Source: Malacoraja senta
Taxonomy: Eukaryota
Direction: 5' to 3'
DNA: 64,000 nucleotides
Assembly: GCA_038087875.1 (NCBI GenBank)
Contig: CM075988.1
Location: 21,144,001 to 21,208,000 of the forward strand
Under the pieces are notes generated by a model. That model was not told the DNA's origin. It worked only from the letters and a program-made list of their open reading frames with translations, and searched no databases. Positions within the stretch are counted from its first letter, which is position 1. Every line of letters begins with the position of its first letter. The translations under genes and the position numbers were made by a program. Positions 13,539-26,608 of this stretch are shown piece by piece.

Positions 13539-13821
13539 TATTAGATGGCTGCTAAATGGAGGCAGCAGCACCTACCCTGCGGGGAGAGAATCGTCCCACA
13601 CACGTGAGCGGTAAATGACGTGTATCTCCTCTGCATTGCGTGCCTGAGATTGGCACAGCCTCGAGCTCCAGAAACAAACGTGCCATCCTATTTGGAGAGG
13701 CACCGATCTGTCGCTGGAAATTACCCCGTCAGTACAAGTTTCCTTTCTCCAACGAGGAAGGTCTCCGTATCCGACTGGGAGCCTCGCTGTCTACCTTCAG
13801 TCGGGTTGGAGAGGGAATCTG

Positions 13822-14207
13822 GAAACAAAGGACTGCAGATGCTGCCTTGTACCAGAGAGACACAAAGAAACAGCTGGAGAAAGAAACAGATTCCCTCTCG
13901 AAAGATAGACACAAAGTGCTGGAGTAACTCAGGGTAGACAAAAATGCTGGAGAAACTCAGCGGGTGAGGCAGCATCTATGGAGCGAAGGAAATAGGCAAC
14001 GTTTCAGGTCAAGACCCTTCTTCAGACCGAAGGAGTAACTCAGGGGGTCAGGGAGCATCTCTGCCTGAATAGGTGATGTTAGGTTCCATCAGTAGGTGAT
14101 GTTTTGGGTCAGGACCCGTCTTTCTTCTGATCCGAAACGTCACCTATTCCTTCTCTCCAGAGATGCTGCCTGACTCACTGAGTTACTCCAGCATTTTGTG
14201 TCCATCT
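13822..14207. repeat. Composite fold-back Penelope-derived unit with a nested second-subfamily copy
   Basis: 16-bp flanking direct repeat TTGGAGAGGGAATCTG at 13806-13821 and 14208-14223. Confidence 0.8.
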
Positions 14208-14954
14208 TTGGAGAGGGAATCTGTTCCTTTCTCCAGCTCCTTGTGTCCTGTTGCTCCCACCGTTAGCCGAGTTGACCGTCTAGCTTCTCGGACTCCTGCC
14301 TTGCAGCGGGGATTTTTTTAAACTATCGCACGGGTGTGGCCAGAAAGCCTCCTGTGTTAAATTAGCGATTGACAGCGGGGCATTGAGACTCTCCGTGAGG
14401 GACGATTGCTGGTAAATTTTGCTCTTTGTGATGCGTAGAGCGGAATGGGACCTCGTGAACAGGGGTCAGTGGCTCTGGGGGGGGGGGGGTGGGAGATTGC
14501 AACCTTCACGTGGTCTTCCCTGTTTCAACTGATGCAATCAACCCAACATGCACAAACACATTGATCAAACAGAGCAAGTTGTCAATAGACAATAGGTGCA
14601 GGAGTAGGCCATTCGGCCCTTCGAGCCAGCACCGCCATTCAATGTGATCATGGCTGATCATCCCCAATCAGTACCCCGTTCCTGCCTTCTCCCCATATCC
14701 CCTGACTCCGCTATTTTTAAGAGCCCTATCTAGCTCTCTCTTGACAGCATCCAGAGAACCTGCCTCCACCGCCCTCTGAGGCAGAGAATTCCACAGACTC
14801 ACCACTCTCTGTGAGAAAAAGTGTTTCCTCGTCTCCGTCCTACAACTTTAGGCTGTGCACGCCATACGCAAGAAGAAGAAGTGGCTCTGGGGGTAAGGAA
14901 GTCATAGCCTGGAGCTCAGATGTGAGGGGAAGGTGGGTTGCAGTGAGTTGCTGA

Positions 14955-15283
14955 GGGCGGCACGGTGGAGCAGCAGTAGAGTTGCTGCCTTACAGCGCCA
15001 GAGACCCGGGTTCAATCCTGACTTCGGGTGCTGTCTGTACGGAGTTTGTACGTTCACCCCATGACCGCGTGGGTTTTCTCCAGGTGCACCGGTTTCCTCC
15101 CACACTCCAAAGACGTGCAGGTTCGTAGGTTAATTGGTTTCTGTAAAATTGCCCCAAATGTGCAGGATGCGAAATGGGATAACGTAGAACTAGTGATCGG
15201 GTGACCGGGTGATCGGCACTGACTCGGTGGGCTGAAGGAACAGCTTCCACGCTGTATCTCTAAACCAAACTAAACTAAACTAA
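14955..15283 (+). mobile_element. Full-length tRNA-derived V-SINE (HE1-like); one of dozens of copies
   Basis: A-box GGTGG.GCAGC.GTAG, B-box GGTTCAATCC, V-domain GGTTTCCTCCCACACTCCAAAGAC, CR1-type tail and (TAAAC)n. Confidence 0.88.
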
Positions 15284-15907
15284 AAACAAATCTCCAGCAT
15301 GAGTGCTGCGATAAATGTAGAGGGGAAATGTACGCTACTGCATGGGTTTGCACCTCTATGCATTAGTGCATCATCCAGAATAGGCTGCATGTTGGGGGAA
15401 GGCAGTTATATTCTGTTACGTAAACTTTCCGCGATAATATTCGCTGGTGCATCCAGGAATAGCCCAACTGATCAGAAACCCACATCTCAAAATGTTTGCT
15501 TGTAGAGAATCATTTCATCTCCACCTACAGTAGCTCCTATAGCTGAGATCGGTTGTGTTCCAACCTTCTTCTGAAGTACGATAGGGTTAATATTGGCTAA
15601 AATTGCACCTTTCCACCGAAGATTGACACAAAATGCTGGAGTAACTCAGGCAGCGTCTCTGGAGACAAGGAATGGGTGACATTTAGGGTTGAGATCCTAC
15701 TTCTCAATCCGAAACATCGCCCGTTCCTATCCAGAGATTGTGTCTGCCCCGCCGAGTTACTCCAGCATTCTGTGTCCATCTTCGGTGTAAACAAGCACCT
15801 GCAGTTCCTTCCTACACACATTTCCTCCACCTGTTTGGAGATTGAAAAATGGCAAAGTATGTTGTAAGGTGGAAGCAAACACTGTGTGAACATGGAAGCA
15901 GTGTACG

Positions 15908-16125
15908 TGTGGGAAGGAACTGCAGATGCTGGTTTATACCATAGACAGTCACAAAATGCTGGAGTAATTCAGCAGGTCAGGCAGCATCTCTGGAGAAAGA
16001 ATAGGTGACGTTTCGGGTCGGAACCCTTCTTCAGATTGAAGAAGAGTCTCGACCCGAAACGTTACCTATTCTTTCTCTCGAGATGCTGCCTGGCCTGCTG
16101 AGTTACTCCAGCATTTTGTGTCTGT
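15908..16125. repeat. Fold-back Penelope-derived unit; similar copies at about 3990-4200, 15615-15820, 16725-16960, 22545-22838, 25055-25240, 29985-30166, 30923-31109 and 38410-38625
   Basis: GGAACTGCAGATGCTGG...GCTGGAGTAA.TCAGC...GCAGCATCTC arm followed by its reverse complement. Confidence 0.85.
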
Positions 16126-16294
16126 CTTCAGAGAATGTCCATTGTGCTGCTGCTCCCAAGAAGGAAATGGAATCTGGGTCAACCAGTGGCCCAAGTTGAC
16201 ATTCAAGTGGGTGGGACCTTTATACCACTGGCTTTTTAATTAAGTATGGACTCGGAAGGCGAGGTAGGCTGTAGACATGGTCACGAAAGCTCTG

Positions 16295-16720
16295 GACATG
16301 TACTCGCTAGAGTTTAGAAGGGTGAGGGGAGATCTCATTGACACATATAAGATTGTTAAGGGCTTGGACACGCTAGAGGCAGGAAACATGTTCCCGATGT
16401 TGGGGGAGTCCAGAACCAGGTGCCACAGTTTAAGAATAAGGAGTAAACCATTTAGAACGGAGATGTGGAAACACTTTTTCTCACAGAGAGTGGTGAGTCT
16501 GTGGAATTCTCTGCCTCAGAGGGCGGTGGAGGCATGTTCTCTGGATACTTTCAAGAGAGAGCTGGATAGGGCTCTTAAAAATAGCAGATTCAGGGGATAT
16601 GGGGAGAAGGCAGGAACGGGGTACTGATTGGGGATGATCAGCCATGATCACATTGAATGGCGGTGCTGGCTCGAAGGGCCAAATGGCCTACTCCTGCACC
16701 TATTGTCTATTGTCTATTGA
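16295..16720 (+). mobile_element. CR1 3' fragment, young subfamily with (ATTGTCT)n tail; also at 20030-20453(+), 51680-52036(+), 49246-49745(-) and 14584-14838(-)
   Basis: Open ORF end ...FSQRVVSLWNSLPQRAVEA...GYGEKAGTGY*, plus UTR and microsatellite tail. Confidence 0.9.
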
Positions 16721-17883
16721 CACATGTGTGGAAAGGAACTGCAGATGCTGGTATATACCGGAGATAGGCACAAACTAACTCAGCGATTCAGGCAGCATCT
16801 TTAGAGAAAAATGGATGAGTGACATTTCGGGCGGGGACCCTTCTTCAGACTGGAGACTTGAGGGTCTGAAGTTGGGTTCTGAGCCGAAACGTCACCCATC
16901 ATTTTTATCCGGAGATGCTGCCTGACCCGCTGAGTTACTCCAGCACTTTGTCCCTATCTCATTGAAACCTACCGTATAATGAAAGACCTAACTAGAATGG
17001 ACATGGAGAGGATCTTTCTGTTAATGGGAGAGTCCAGCCTCAGTATTAAAGGACGTACATTTAGAATGGAGATGAGGAGGAATTTCTTTAGCCAGAGAGT
17101 GGCGAATCTGTGGAATTCATTGCCACAGACGGCTGCGGAGGCTGGCATTGTGTATTTTTAAAGCAGAGATTGAATAAATGAATGAATGAATAGTTTATGA
17201 ATGAATGAAGATTGAAAGATTCTTGATTCGTATTGGGTGTTAAAGGTTATTGGGAGAAGGCTGGAGAATGGGGTTGAGAGGGAAAAATAGATCAGCCATG
17301 ATTCAATGGTGGAGTACACTCGATGGGTTGAATGGCCTCATTCTGCTCCGATGTCTAATGGTCTTATAGTGTCAACACCACCTACCCCCCCAATGATTGG
17401 GATCTCACCCAAATCTTCACCCTGGGGAAGAGGCTGCAGAGGGCGTGGCGACCGGCAGTTTCTTGCTGGCACTCCCAGGACTTCATGGAGTGTCACCAGT
17501 GGGTGCATGTGGTCTGAGCTTACACCCTCTCCTTGCCAATGGGTCCGGCCGTCCGCCTGTCCCCTGCTCCAACAACTGCATGAAGCTCACCGTATCCCTT
17601 GCTCTGGACAATCTCATGGAGAAACATCCAGGAATGCCTTCCACCTCAAAGGGTGTACGAGAGAAGTTCTAATCATTGTGGAAGTGTCTTAACTCCCTGA
17701 TATTGTGAATCACAATCTTCATCAAACTTATGGTCATTTTGTTGTTAAAATCTCAGTTTCATTGGCAAAGCATCTTCACGCCACAATGATTGGGCCAGGA
17801 TATCGCAATCATTTATTTCCCGAGCTCGACTAATGTGAACAGCCCCTCTTAAGACCAAGGGGAACCTAGCACTGGTGAAGATG

Positions 17884-18128
17884 ATCGACACAGAAAGCTG
17901 GAGTAACTCAGCGGGACAGGTAGCATCTCTGGAGAGAAGGAATGGGTGATGTTTCGGGTCGAGACCCTTCTTCAGACTGGTTAGTGATCCCTAACCAGTC
18001 TGAAGAAGGGTCTCGACCTGAATCGTCACCCATTCCTTCTCTACAGAGATTCTGCCTGTCCCGCTGAGTTACTCCAGCATTCTGTGTCTATCTTCGGTTT
18101 ATACCAGCATCTGCAGTTCCTTCTTACA
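17884..18128. repeat. Fold-back Penelope-derived terminal unit with 14-bp TSD
   Basis: Arms of about 100 bp around loop TGATCC (17985-17990); CACTGGTGAAGATG at 17870-17883 and 18129-18142. Confidence 0.88.
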
Positions 18129-18280
18129 CACTGGTGAAGATGGTGATCTTTCTCGGCTTACAATGGTCGAGGTTAGGATGTACTTGCATAAAGCATCGGT
18201 ATTTACACAGAGCGGGCTGTGCATGTTCATGATGTCAATGCATATCTAAAGTTCTTGTGTTTCATGTTTCTTTCCTCCAG

Positions 18281-18310
18281 GATTCATGGACTCGGCCGGT
18301 GAAACTAAAG
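18281..18310 (+). CDS. NCAM1: NCAM1 VASE alternative micro-exon, 30 nt: DSWTRPVKLK
   Basis: Acceptor tttctttcctccag, donor AAG|gtatgg, phase 0-0. SWTRP matches mammalian VASE ASWTRPEKQE and sits between the two Ig4 exons. Confidence 0.93.
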
Positions 18311-19086
18311 GTATGGCTACCAATTTGTAGCCAAACTCTCTATAACTCTTTAACCAACCCCACTTGCGAGTTTCAAAAACTAGTCACTAAAATTAACCAA
18401 ACTAATGCAGATTATAATAGAAAATAAGTTACTAATGGACAGCACTGAGAGGATTGAAAGCTCCAAATTGCTGACACAAGTTATTTTTCACGTTATTGTT
18501 CATTTGCACGTATATATTTTGAGGAAACGGGTGTACAGTGATGTATGACTGATGGGCACCACAACCTATTGAACGGGTTTAGCAGTGGTTTGTCCTCTGT
18601 TGCTTGAGTGAGACTTATGTAGACTTCCCGTAGTAAATAATGTCGGAAATCCATTTCCATTGCACGGACGTCAGTGTAGCCAAATTTTAGAAGGCATGTA
18701 TCATGCTGATGTGCTAAAAATAATGCTTTTGCACTTGGAATCAATTCTATCACCATTACTAAATAATGCAGAGCATTTCAATTTGGTCTCTCCAATTACC
18801 AGTCCGATGTTCCCCGTAACTCATGTATTTTTTAAGTACATTTAAAACGACTGAGTATTAAATAAATTTTATTTCTGAGCTCCGTCATGCGATAACACGT
18901 TTGCCAAATACATTAAATATGTGACTTAAAACTGTGCCTATTTCGGGATGCCACACACCTTCCTGTACAGCATACCTAAAGGAGTCCAGGGATATGGGGA
19001 AAATGCAGGAACAGGTTACTGATCTTGGATGATGAGACATGATCATAATTGCATGGCCCGAAGGGCGGAATGGCCTACTCCTGCAT

Positions 19087-19231
19087 CGCGGGGTGACTCC
19101 TGTATGGTCGTGAGTAGTCGCCCAAAGAGTCGTACCTTTTTCTGGTCGCCGCTGAATTTTCGGCGACCTGCTGCGACTATGACGGGTGCCGGCAAGTCGC
19201 CGAAAAATATCGCGTAAGTGGGACAGGCTCT
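19087..19231. mobile_element. One-ended fragment of the same MITE group
   Basis: CpG-rich stretch with GTCGCC repeats ending GTGGGACAGGCTCT-TA. Confidence 0.55.
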
Positions 19232-20611
19232 TAACTTTGTCAAGTAAGCTCACAAGATATGTGTGAATGGCTGCCAGGGGTGGTGGTGGAGGTAGATAGG
19301 ATGGTGGCATTTAAGAGACTTTTGTATGGGCGTATGGATGTTTAGTTTTGTTTATTATTATCACGTTAATGGAGGGATATGGATTATGTGCAGAGAGATA
19401 AGAGTTGGTCTTGGTTGGCATCATGTTCAGGATACAGGGTATGGGCCGAAGGGCCTATTCTTGTGACGTACTGTTCCGTGTCATTTTACATAATCTCTAA
19501 TCACCACGTCGACCCGGGTTCAATCCCGACCTCGGATGCTCTCAGTGTGGAGTTTGCAAGTTCAGTGGGTTTCCTCCGGGTGTTCCGGTTTTCTCCCACA
19601 TCACAAAGACGTGCGGGTTTGTAGGTTAATTGGTCCTCGTGTGGAGGGGAGTGGATGTGAAAGTGGGATCGATGGTTGGCGTGGACTCGGTGGGCTGATG
19701 GGCCTGTTCCCACACGAACTTTCAATCAATGAGCAGAATCCCTGCTCCCAGGACCTTATCATTGAGCTCGTGGAAGAGACAACGGTTGGGGTCTTCTTCT
19801 TTCGTGCCCATCATCTTTGTCTCAAATGTTCGGCCAGGCTCTTGCACAGTGGACGGCCTTCCAGTTTGCCACCGCTAGATATTCCAGGCAGCATTGTTCA
19901 CCAAGAAGTGGGCATCTTATCTGGTGTGGCATGGATTGTACAGACGTTCCACGTTCACATTCTGTGCCTGCCACATCTGCATAGCCCCATTTGCTCATAT
20001 TGGCCTTGCTTCGGCCCATCCCTGTACGAAGCTTGTACACTCTGGAGTTTAGAAGGATGAGAGGGAATCTTATTGAAACACATAAGATTGTTAAGGGTTT
20101 GGACACGCTGGAGGCAGGAAACATGTTCCCGATGTTGGGGGAGTCCAGAACCAGGGGCCACAATTTAAGAATAAGGAGTAAGCCATTTAGAACTGAGACG
20201 AGGAAACACTTTTTCTCACAGAGAGTTGTGAGTCTGTGGCATTCTCTGCCTCAGAGGGCGGTGGAGGCCGGTTCTCTGGATGCTTTCAAGAGAGAGCTAG
20301 ATAGGGTTCTTAAAAATAGCGGAGTCAGGGGATATGGGGAGAAGGCAGGAACGGGGTACTGATTGGGGATGATCAGCCATGATCACATTGAATGGCGGTG
20401 CTGGCTCGAAGGGCCGAATGGCCTACTTCTGCACCTATTATCTATTGTCTATTGAAGCCTATTGAAGAACTTCCAGCTCTTCCAGTCACACCTGTGACCA
20501 GCTGGTAGCTGTTCCTTGGTTGGGATAAATAGACCACAGATTGGCAGGAAGTAGCAACTTTCGTAAGTTGATCTTTACAAGAAAATGTCCAAGGTTGTAA
20601 AACATCTTTAG

Positions 20612-20910
20612 ATTTTAGACTTTAGAGATGCAGCATGGAAACAGGCCCTTTTGCCCATCGACTCCGTGCCCACCAGCGATCACCCCGTACACTAGCACTA
20701 TCCTGCACACTAGGGACAATTTACAATTTTACTGAAGCCAATTAACCTACAAACCTGCACGTCTTTGGAGCGTAGAAGGAAACCGGAGCACCCGGAGAAA
20801 ACCAACGCAGTCATGGGGAGAACGTACAAACTCCGTACAGGCAGCACCCGTAGTTAGGATCGAACCCGGGTCTCTGGCGCTGTAAGGTAGCAACTCTACC
20901 ACTGCGCCAC
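20612..20910 (-). mobile_element. HE1-like SINE
   Basis: Full head, V-domain and tail. Confidence 0.85.
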
Positions 20911-21741
20911 TTGTGTCCACCTTTACAACCCAGAGGTTGTTGCCATAGCTGTACACAAAGACACCTCGGAATGCATTGAGCTGATATTCAGAATGTCAAG
21001 TACAAATGTAATTGGAACAATTTCCGTACGATAACACTGTGAATCCTTTAGCACTTAAGTATTTGAAACCTGCTTTATCTTAATTCATTGGTGGCAATAA
21101 ATTAAGGTTACTAATCAATGTGTGTTGAATTTATTCAAATTTGCCACTTCAGCAAGAGTATCAGTGAACTGACCTTTGTGATTTAGCATGATGTTTTACA
21201 CCTTGTCAAAGAATAGATCCACATTGCTCAGGTGTTAGTGCTCCAGTTTATATTACCAGACACATGTTCAGCACACTTTGTGCATTTCATATTGGGGAAG
21301 ACCTGTGGGAAACCTGTGAGTTAAGGAAAACCTTAGGAAACGCACTGGTGTGATCAAAGCATATTGATAAATAGTAGTTGATTGAAATGGAAACGACATT
21401 GTCTCCAGAACCTGGCCACCCAATGCAATGATTTTCTGGAGTGACTCAGTGGGTCAGGCAGCATCTCTGGAGGTCATAGATAAGTGATATTTCTGGTCAG
21501 GACCATTCTTGACTGATTGTGGTAAGGAGAATGGGGACAAAAATGACGTTTCGGGTCAGGACACTCCTCCAGTCTGAAGAAGTGTCTCAACCCAAAACGT
21601 TACCAAATTGCCGAACGCCAACTCCAAGTGGCCTTTCATCCTGCTGCCTGACCTACTGTTACTCCAGCACTTTGTGTATTAACCAGCATCTGCAGATTTT
21701 CTGCATCTTAGGCTCTTAATTTCCATAGAATCATTGTTTTT

Positions 21742-22043
21742 TAGTGTAGTTTGGTTAACTTTTAGAGATGCAGCGTAGAAACAGGTGTCTTCTGCCCACT
21801 GAATCCACACTGACCAACGATCGCCTGTACACTAGCTCTATCCTACACACTAGGGACAATTTACAAGAGCCAATTAACCTAGAAACCTGTACGTCTTTGG
21901 AATGTGGGAGGAAACCAGAGCACCCGGAGAAAACCCACGTGGTCACGGGGAGATGGTACAGACTCCGTACAGGCAAGCACCCGTAGTCAGGATCGAACCC
22001 GGGTCTCTGGCGCTGTAAGGCAGCAGCTCTACCGCTGCGCCAC
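21742..22043 (-). mobile_element. HE1-like SINE
   Basis: Full head, V-domain and tail. Confidence 0.85.
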
Positions 22044-23973
22044 TCTAAAAAGATAATTTTCAACGCTGATAATTAGCAATGCCAATAATTTTCAAAGCAC
22101 GCCGGAGTAACCTTCAGTAGCACAGAGACCGGATGATAGGTTTGATGACTTCCCGTGTTGTCAGTGAAGCTGTGTCCCTTCACCACGCTGTAACGTGGCT
22201 GGTCACCATCAGGTGATAACCAGCTCTGCAGCATTGCACTGCACTAATTGCTTCACTCCCATCATGGACAGTTCAGACTTTGAACATGTGGAGAATACTC
22301 CTAATACTCCACCCTTTTTACACCAATTATGAGAATACTCCTAATACTCCACCAATTCAACTTGTTAGACTGTAAAACAGGTTGGTGGGGGGTGGGGTGG
22401 GGGGGGGGGGGGGGGAGGCAAGAGAGCAAGGCAAAGGTGTTATTTTTTAATAGCTAAAGTTTAATAAAGCTAAAAATACTGGCCATATCTTACATAGTTT
22501 GATCGAGTATCTTTGTACAGCATCAATAGAGGTGTAGAAACATAGAACTGCAGATGCTGATCAGTACACAAAAGGACACAAAGTGCTGGAGTAACTCGGC
22601 AGGTCAGGCAGCATCTCTGGAGAGATGACATTTCGGATCAAGACTGCAGGAGGGTCCCGACTCAAAACACAATTTTTTCCGCGCTTTTCTTCCTACAATC
22701 AGTATGAAAAAAGATCCCGACCCGAAACGTCACCGATCCATGTTCTCTAGTGAGTCACTGAGTTACCTGATCCACTGAGTTACCCCAGCATTTTGTGTCT
22801 TATTATCTTTAGTACGAACCGGCATCTGCAATTCCTTTTTATTACAATCTATCCAATTCATGTTCTGGAAACTGGTTATAACAGCTACCTGTATAGGAAT
22901 AGCCAAGAGTTCATGATTAATGGGCTGGAAACGGGTCATAGAATCATACAGCGTGGAAACAGGCCCTTCAGCCCAACTTGCTCACACCGACAACTCTACA
23001 CTAGTCCCATCTACACTATGCGTTCGCCCATATCCCTCTAAACCTGTCCTATCCATGTACCTGTCAAACTGCTTCTTAAACGTTGCAATAGTACCTGCCT
23101 CAATTACCTCCTCTGGAAGTTTGTTCCATACACCTTTGTGTTAAAAAGTTACCCCTCAGATTCTTATTAAATCTTTCCCCCCCTTCACTTTAAACCAATG
23201 TCATCTGGTCCTCGATTCCCCTACTCTGGGCAAGAGACTCGGTGCATCTACCCGATCTATTCCTCTCAGGATTTTGTACACCACTACAAGATTGCCCCTC
23301 ATTCCCCTGCGCTCCAGGGAACAGAGTCCCAGCCTGCTCGCCCTCTCCCTATAGCTCGGGCCCTCGAGGCCCGGCCAACATCCTCGTCGAGTGCAAAGGG
23401 GCAAGTGTGGAGCAGTGGGCTGGCATTTGAAACATCCGTCGGTGACAAGCGAGAGCGGTGGCTCTTTAATAATTCATGAAGCTGGAATGAAAAATGTCAC
23501 AACAACAACAACAAAACACATGCCATCTTATAAAGAGCAAAGGTGACAAAGCGCAGTAATTAAATTCATGGCAGAAAATCTGACCATTTCTTGACGAGCC
23601 CGCTGAATGAATGATTCAGAATATTTCCACTCAGATCTGTAAAGGTTACCGGCAATGCAATGTTGGGGGATATTTCACTGCATGTTATGTTGGTATTAAT
23701 TTAACAATAGACAGGCAACAGGATGCTGGTGACGCGGGTTGTAAACGTGTCTGGAACTCACTGCCAGGGGTGGTGGTGGAGGCAGACATGGTGGTGGTGT
23801 TTAAGAGGCTTTTAGATAGGCCCATGGATATACATACAGGGAATGCAGGGATATGCTGACAGAGGAGATGAGTTTAACTTGTAGTCACGTTTGCTACAGT
23901 CACCGTGCGGGCCTGTTTCAGTGCGGTTCTATGTTAAATCCAGCAGGGAGTTTGGTGGGAACAACTTCTCGGG

Positions 23974-24328
23974 CAGGGGTAGGGAACTTTTTCAGGTCGG
24001 AAGGCCGCATTAAGTTAGCTGTAATCTAATAAGGCCGCATCCAAGAAACTTCAATTAGATACACTTCAAAAATGTACATTATTTTTTAAAATAGCCCTCA
24101 TGACTTACTAATGTTTTAATTGTGGCCGTCAGTCGGGGAGGATTATTTCGCTGAATCTTCTTTTACTCTTTGGTATTTTAAATAGGTTCATTTTAAGATT
24201 AAAATAAAAAATAATAAAAGACGAACAAAAACATATTAATAAAAATAAAAGGATTTGTTCCACAAAATTTGGATTCATTCAAAAGGCCGCACTTAATGGC
24301 CTGGAAGTCCGCAGGTTCCCCACCCCTG
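23974..24328. mobile_element. hAT (Charlie-like) MITE
   Basis: TIR CAGGGGT.GGGAAC / GTTCCCCACCCCTG; 8-bp TSD TTCTCGGG / TTCTAGGG; subterminal GGCCGCA motifs. Confidence 0.88.
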
Positions 24329-24334
24329 TTCTAG

Positions 24335-24620
24335 GGGCAGCACAGTGGAGCAGCGGTAGAGTTGCTGCCTCACAGCGCCAGAGACCCGGGTTGGATCCTG
24401 ACTGTGGGTGCTGCCTGTGCAGAGTTTGTACGTTCTCCCTGTGACCTGCGTGGGTTTTCTCCGGGTGCTCCGGTTTCCTCCCACACTCCAAAGACGAAGA
24501 GGTTTGTAGGTTAGTTGGTCTTCATTGAAGTTATAAATTGTCCCTAGTGTAGGATGGTGTTAGTGTGGGGGGACGATCGCTGGTTGGCACCGACACAGTG
24601 GGCCGAATGGCCTGTGTCTC
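24335..24620 (+). mobile_element. HE1-like SINE
   Basis: Head, V-domain and partial tail. Confidence 0.85.
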
Positions 24621-26191
24621 TCAAGTGGGGTATAGGATTAGTTTGTGTGTGTAAAGACACTGTAAACTAGGCACTGAAATCTAATGCCCTCAGTTCATGT
24701 ACACTCACAGGTGTCAGCGTTTGCATGGACTCTACTGAACACTCGGTGTGGACTAGCCTTGTTGGAACTGTATAGAACAGAGAGTGCCTGGGACGTGAGC
24801 TATAAACGTGTTCCTCGATGGTCACTGTTGTCTTGTATTGCTCCTCATTGTAGTGCGTGTCAGTAATCAATACTTCAACTTGATCTCTTTAATTACTGTA
24901 ACCTACGGGCTTGTCAGAGGTAGCTGATGCAATGGATCCTCTGAATCTCTCACCAATAATCTCAGTCAAGTTCCAGGGCCAGTGTTTATGAGTTCAGAGA
25001 TGCAGTGTGGAAACAGGCCCTTCATCACAACAATTCCTCACCAACCATTGATCATGTGTAGGAAGGAACTGCAGGTGCTGGTTTACACCAAAAGGAGACA
25101 CAAAATGCTGGAGTAACTCGGCGGGGTCATACAGCATCTCTGGAGAAAAGGTGATAGGTGACGTTAGGGACCCAACCTGAAACGTCACCTATTCCTTTTC
25201 TCCAGAGATGCTGCCTGACCCGCCGAGTTACTCCAGTACTCAGTGTCTACAGACCATTAATCACCAATAACACTAGTTCTATGTTGTCCCAGTGGCAATT
25301 TTTATAGAAGTCAATTAACCTGCACGTCTTTGGAGTGCGGGAGGAAACCGGAGCACCCGGAGAAAACTTATGCAGGTCACGGGGAGAGCGAGCAAACTCC
25401 GTACAGACAGCTCCCGTAGTTGGGATCGAACCCGGGACTCTGGCGCTGTAAGGCAACGGGGTCTACCGCTCTGCTGCCCGTTCTGGGTCCTTTCAATGAA
25501 ATTTGGAATGACATCCTGTGCAAACACAGCAGCCCGGCTGAGAAACAAGTGGATGACTGCCAGTGCCTTGTCACATAGGGCCAGCAATGATAAGGAGCAG
25601 CATTTCAAAGCTGACATATTATTTAAGAATCAGCACAGGAGATGATCTGTCACAATTGCATGAACTGTATATCTACTGCTTATATTAGTAGCTATTCACT
25701 TGGTCACGACAGTGGCATTTAAAAGACTTATTGATAGGCATATGGATATGCGGGGAGCAGAAGGACATGGATTATGTCCAGGCAGATAAGGGTTGGTGTT
25801 TGCATCATGTTTGGCACAGATATTGGTGTGAACAAAGGGCCTGTTCCTGTGCTGCATTTTTCTGAAGAAGGGTTCAATCCAAAAAAAACGTCACCCATCA
25901 TTTTCCTTCAGAAGTGCTGCCTGTCCCGCTGAGTTACTCCAGCATTTTATGTCTGTCTTTGGTATAAACCAGCATCTGCAGTTGCTTCCCACTTCAATGT
26001 TCACACAATGTTCCCTTTCAACATACATTGTCATTTTTCAAACTCCAAACTGAAGGTCCTGCACTCAATACATTTATTTAATTGTTTGGGTTTTTTTTTG
26101 CTCAAACAGGTGGAGGAAATGTGTGTGTTGTAGGAACACTTGGTACTGACCAGCAAATGATGCATTATTAATATCCAAAGAAAACAAGCAT

Positions 26192-26608
26192 GTATCATAC
26201 TCGGCAAGACCAAGCGCAGGCTCGCCGATCGTTTCGCTGAACACCTCCGCTCGGGCCGCCTAAACCTACCTGATCTCCCGGTTGCTCAACTCTTTAACTC
26301 CCCCTCCCAATCTGCCCTTTCTGTCCTGGGCCTCCTCCATTGTCAGAGTGAGGCCCAGCGCAAATTGGAGGAACAGCGCCTCATATTTTGCTTGGGCAGC
26401 TTACACCCCAGCGGTATGAACATTGACTCTTCTATCTCCATCCCCTCCCCCTTCCCAGTTCTCCCACCAGTCGTACTGTCTCCGACTACATTCTATCTCT
26501 GTACCACCCACTCCATTGACATCAGTCTGAAGAAGGGTCTAGGCCCGAGACATCGCTCATTCCTTCTCTCCAGAGATGCAGAGTTACTCCAGCATTTTGT
26601 GTCTATCC
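26192..26608 (+). mobile_element. Penelope-like element 3' fragment: GIY-YIG C-terminus and terminal unit
   Basis: GKTKRRLADRFAEHL...EAQRKLEEQRLIFCLGSLHPSGMNID, then CTGAAGAAGGGTCT and the terminal unit. Confidence 0.82.

Noticed and set aside
14955..15030. SINE heads as tRNA genes
   Set aside because: A and B boxes run straight into the V-domain and LINE tail, with no complete cloverleaf.
22381..22418. Functional G-quadruplex at long G runs (also 14476, 53559 and 60887)
   Set aside because: Homopolymer G tracts are frequent here and of unreliable length; nothing else supports function.
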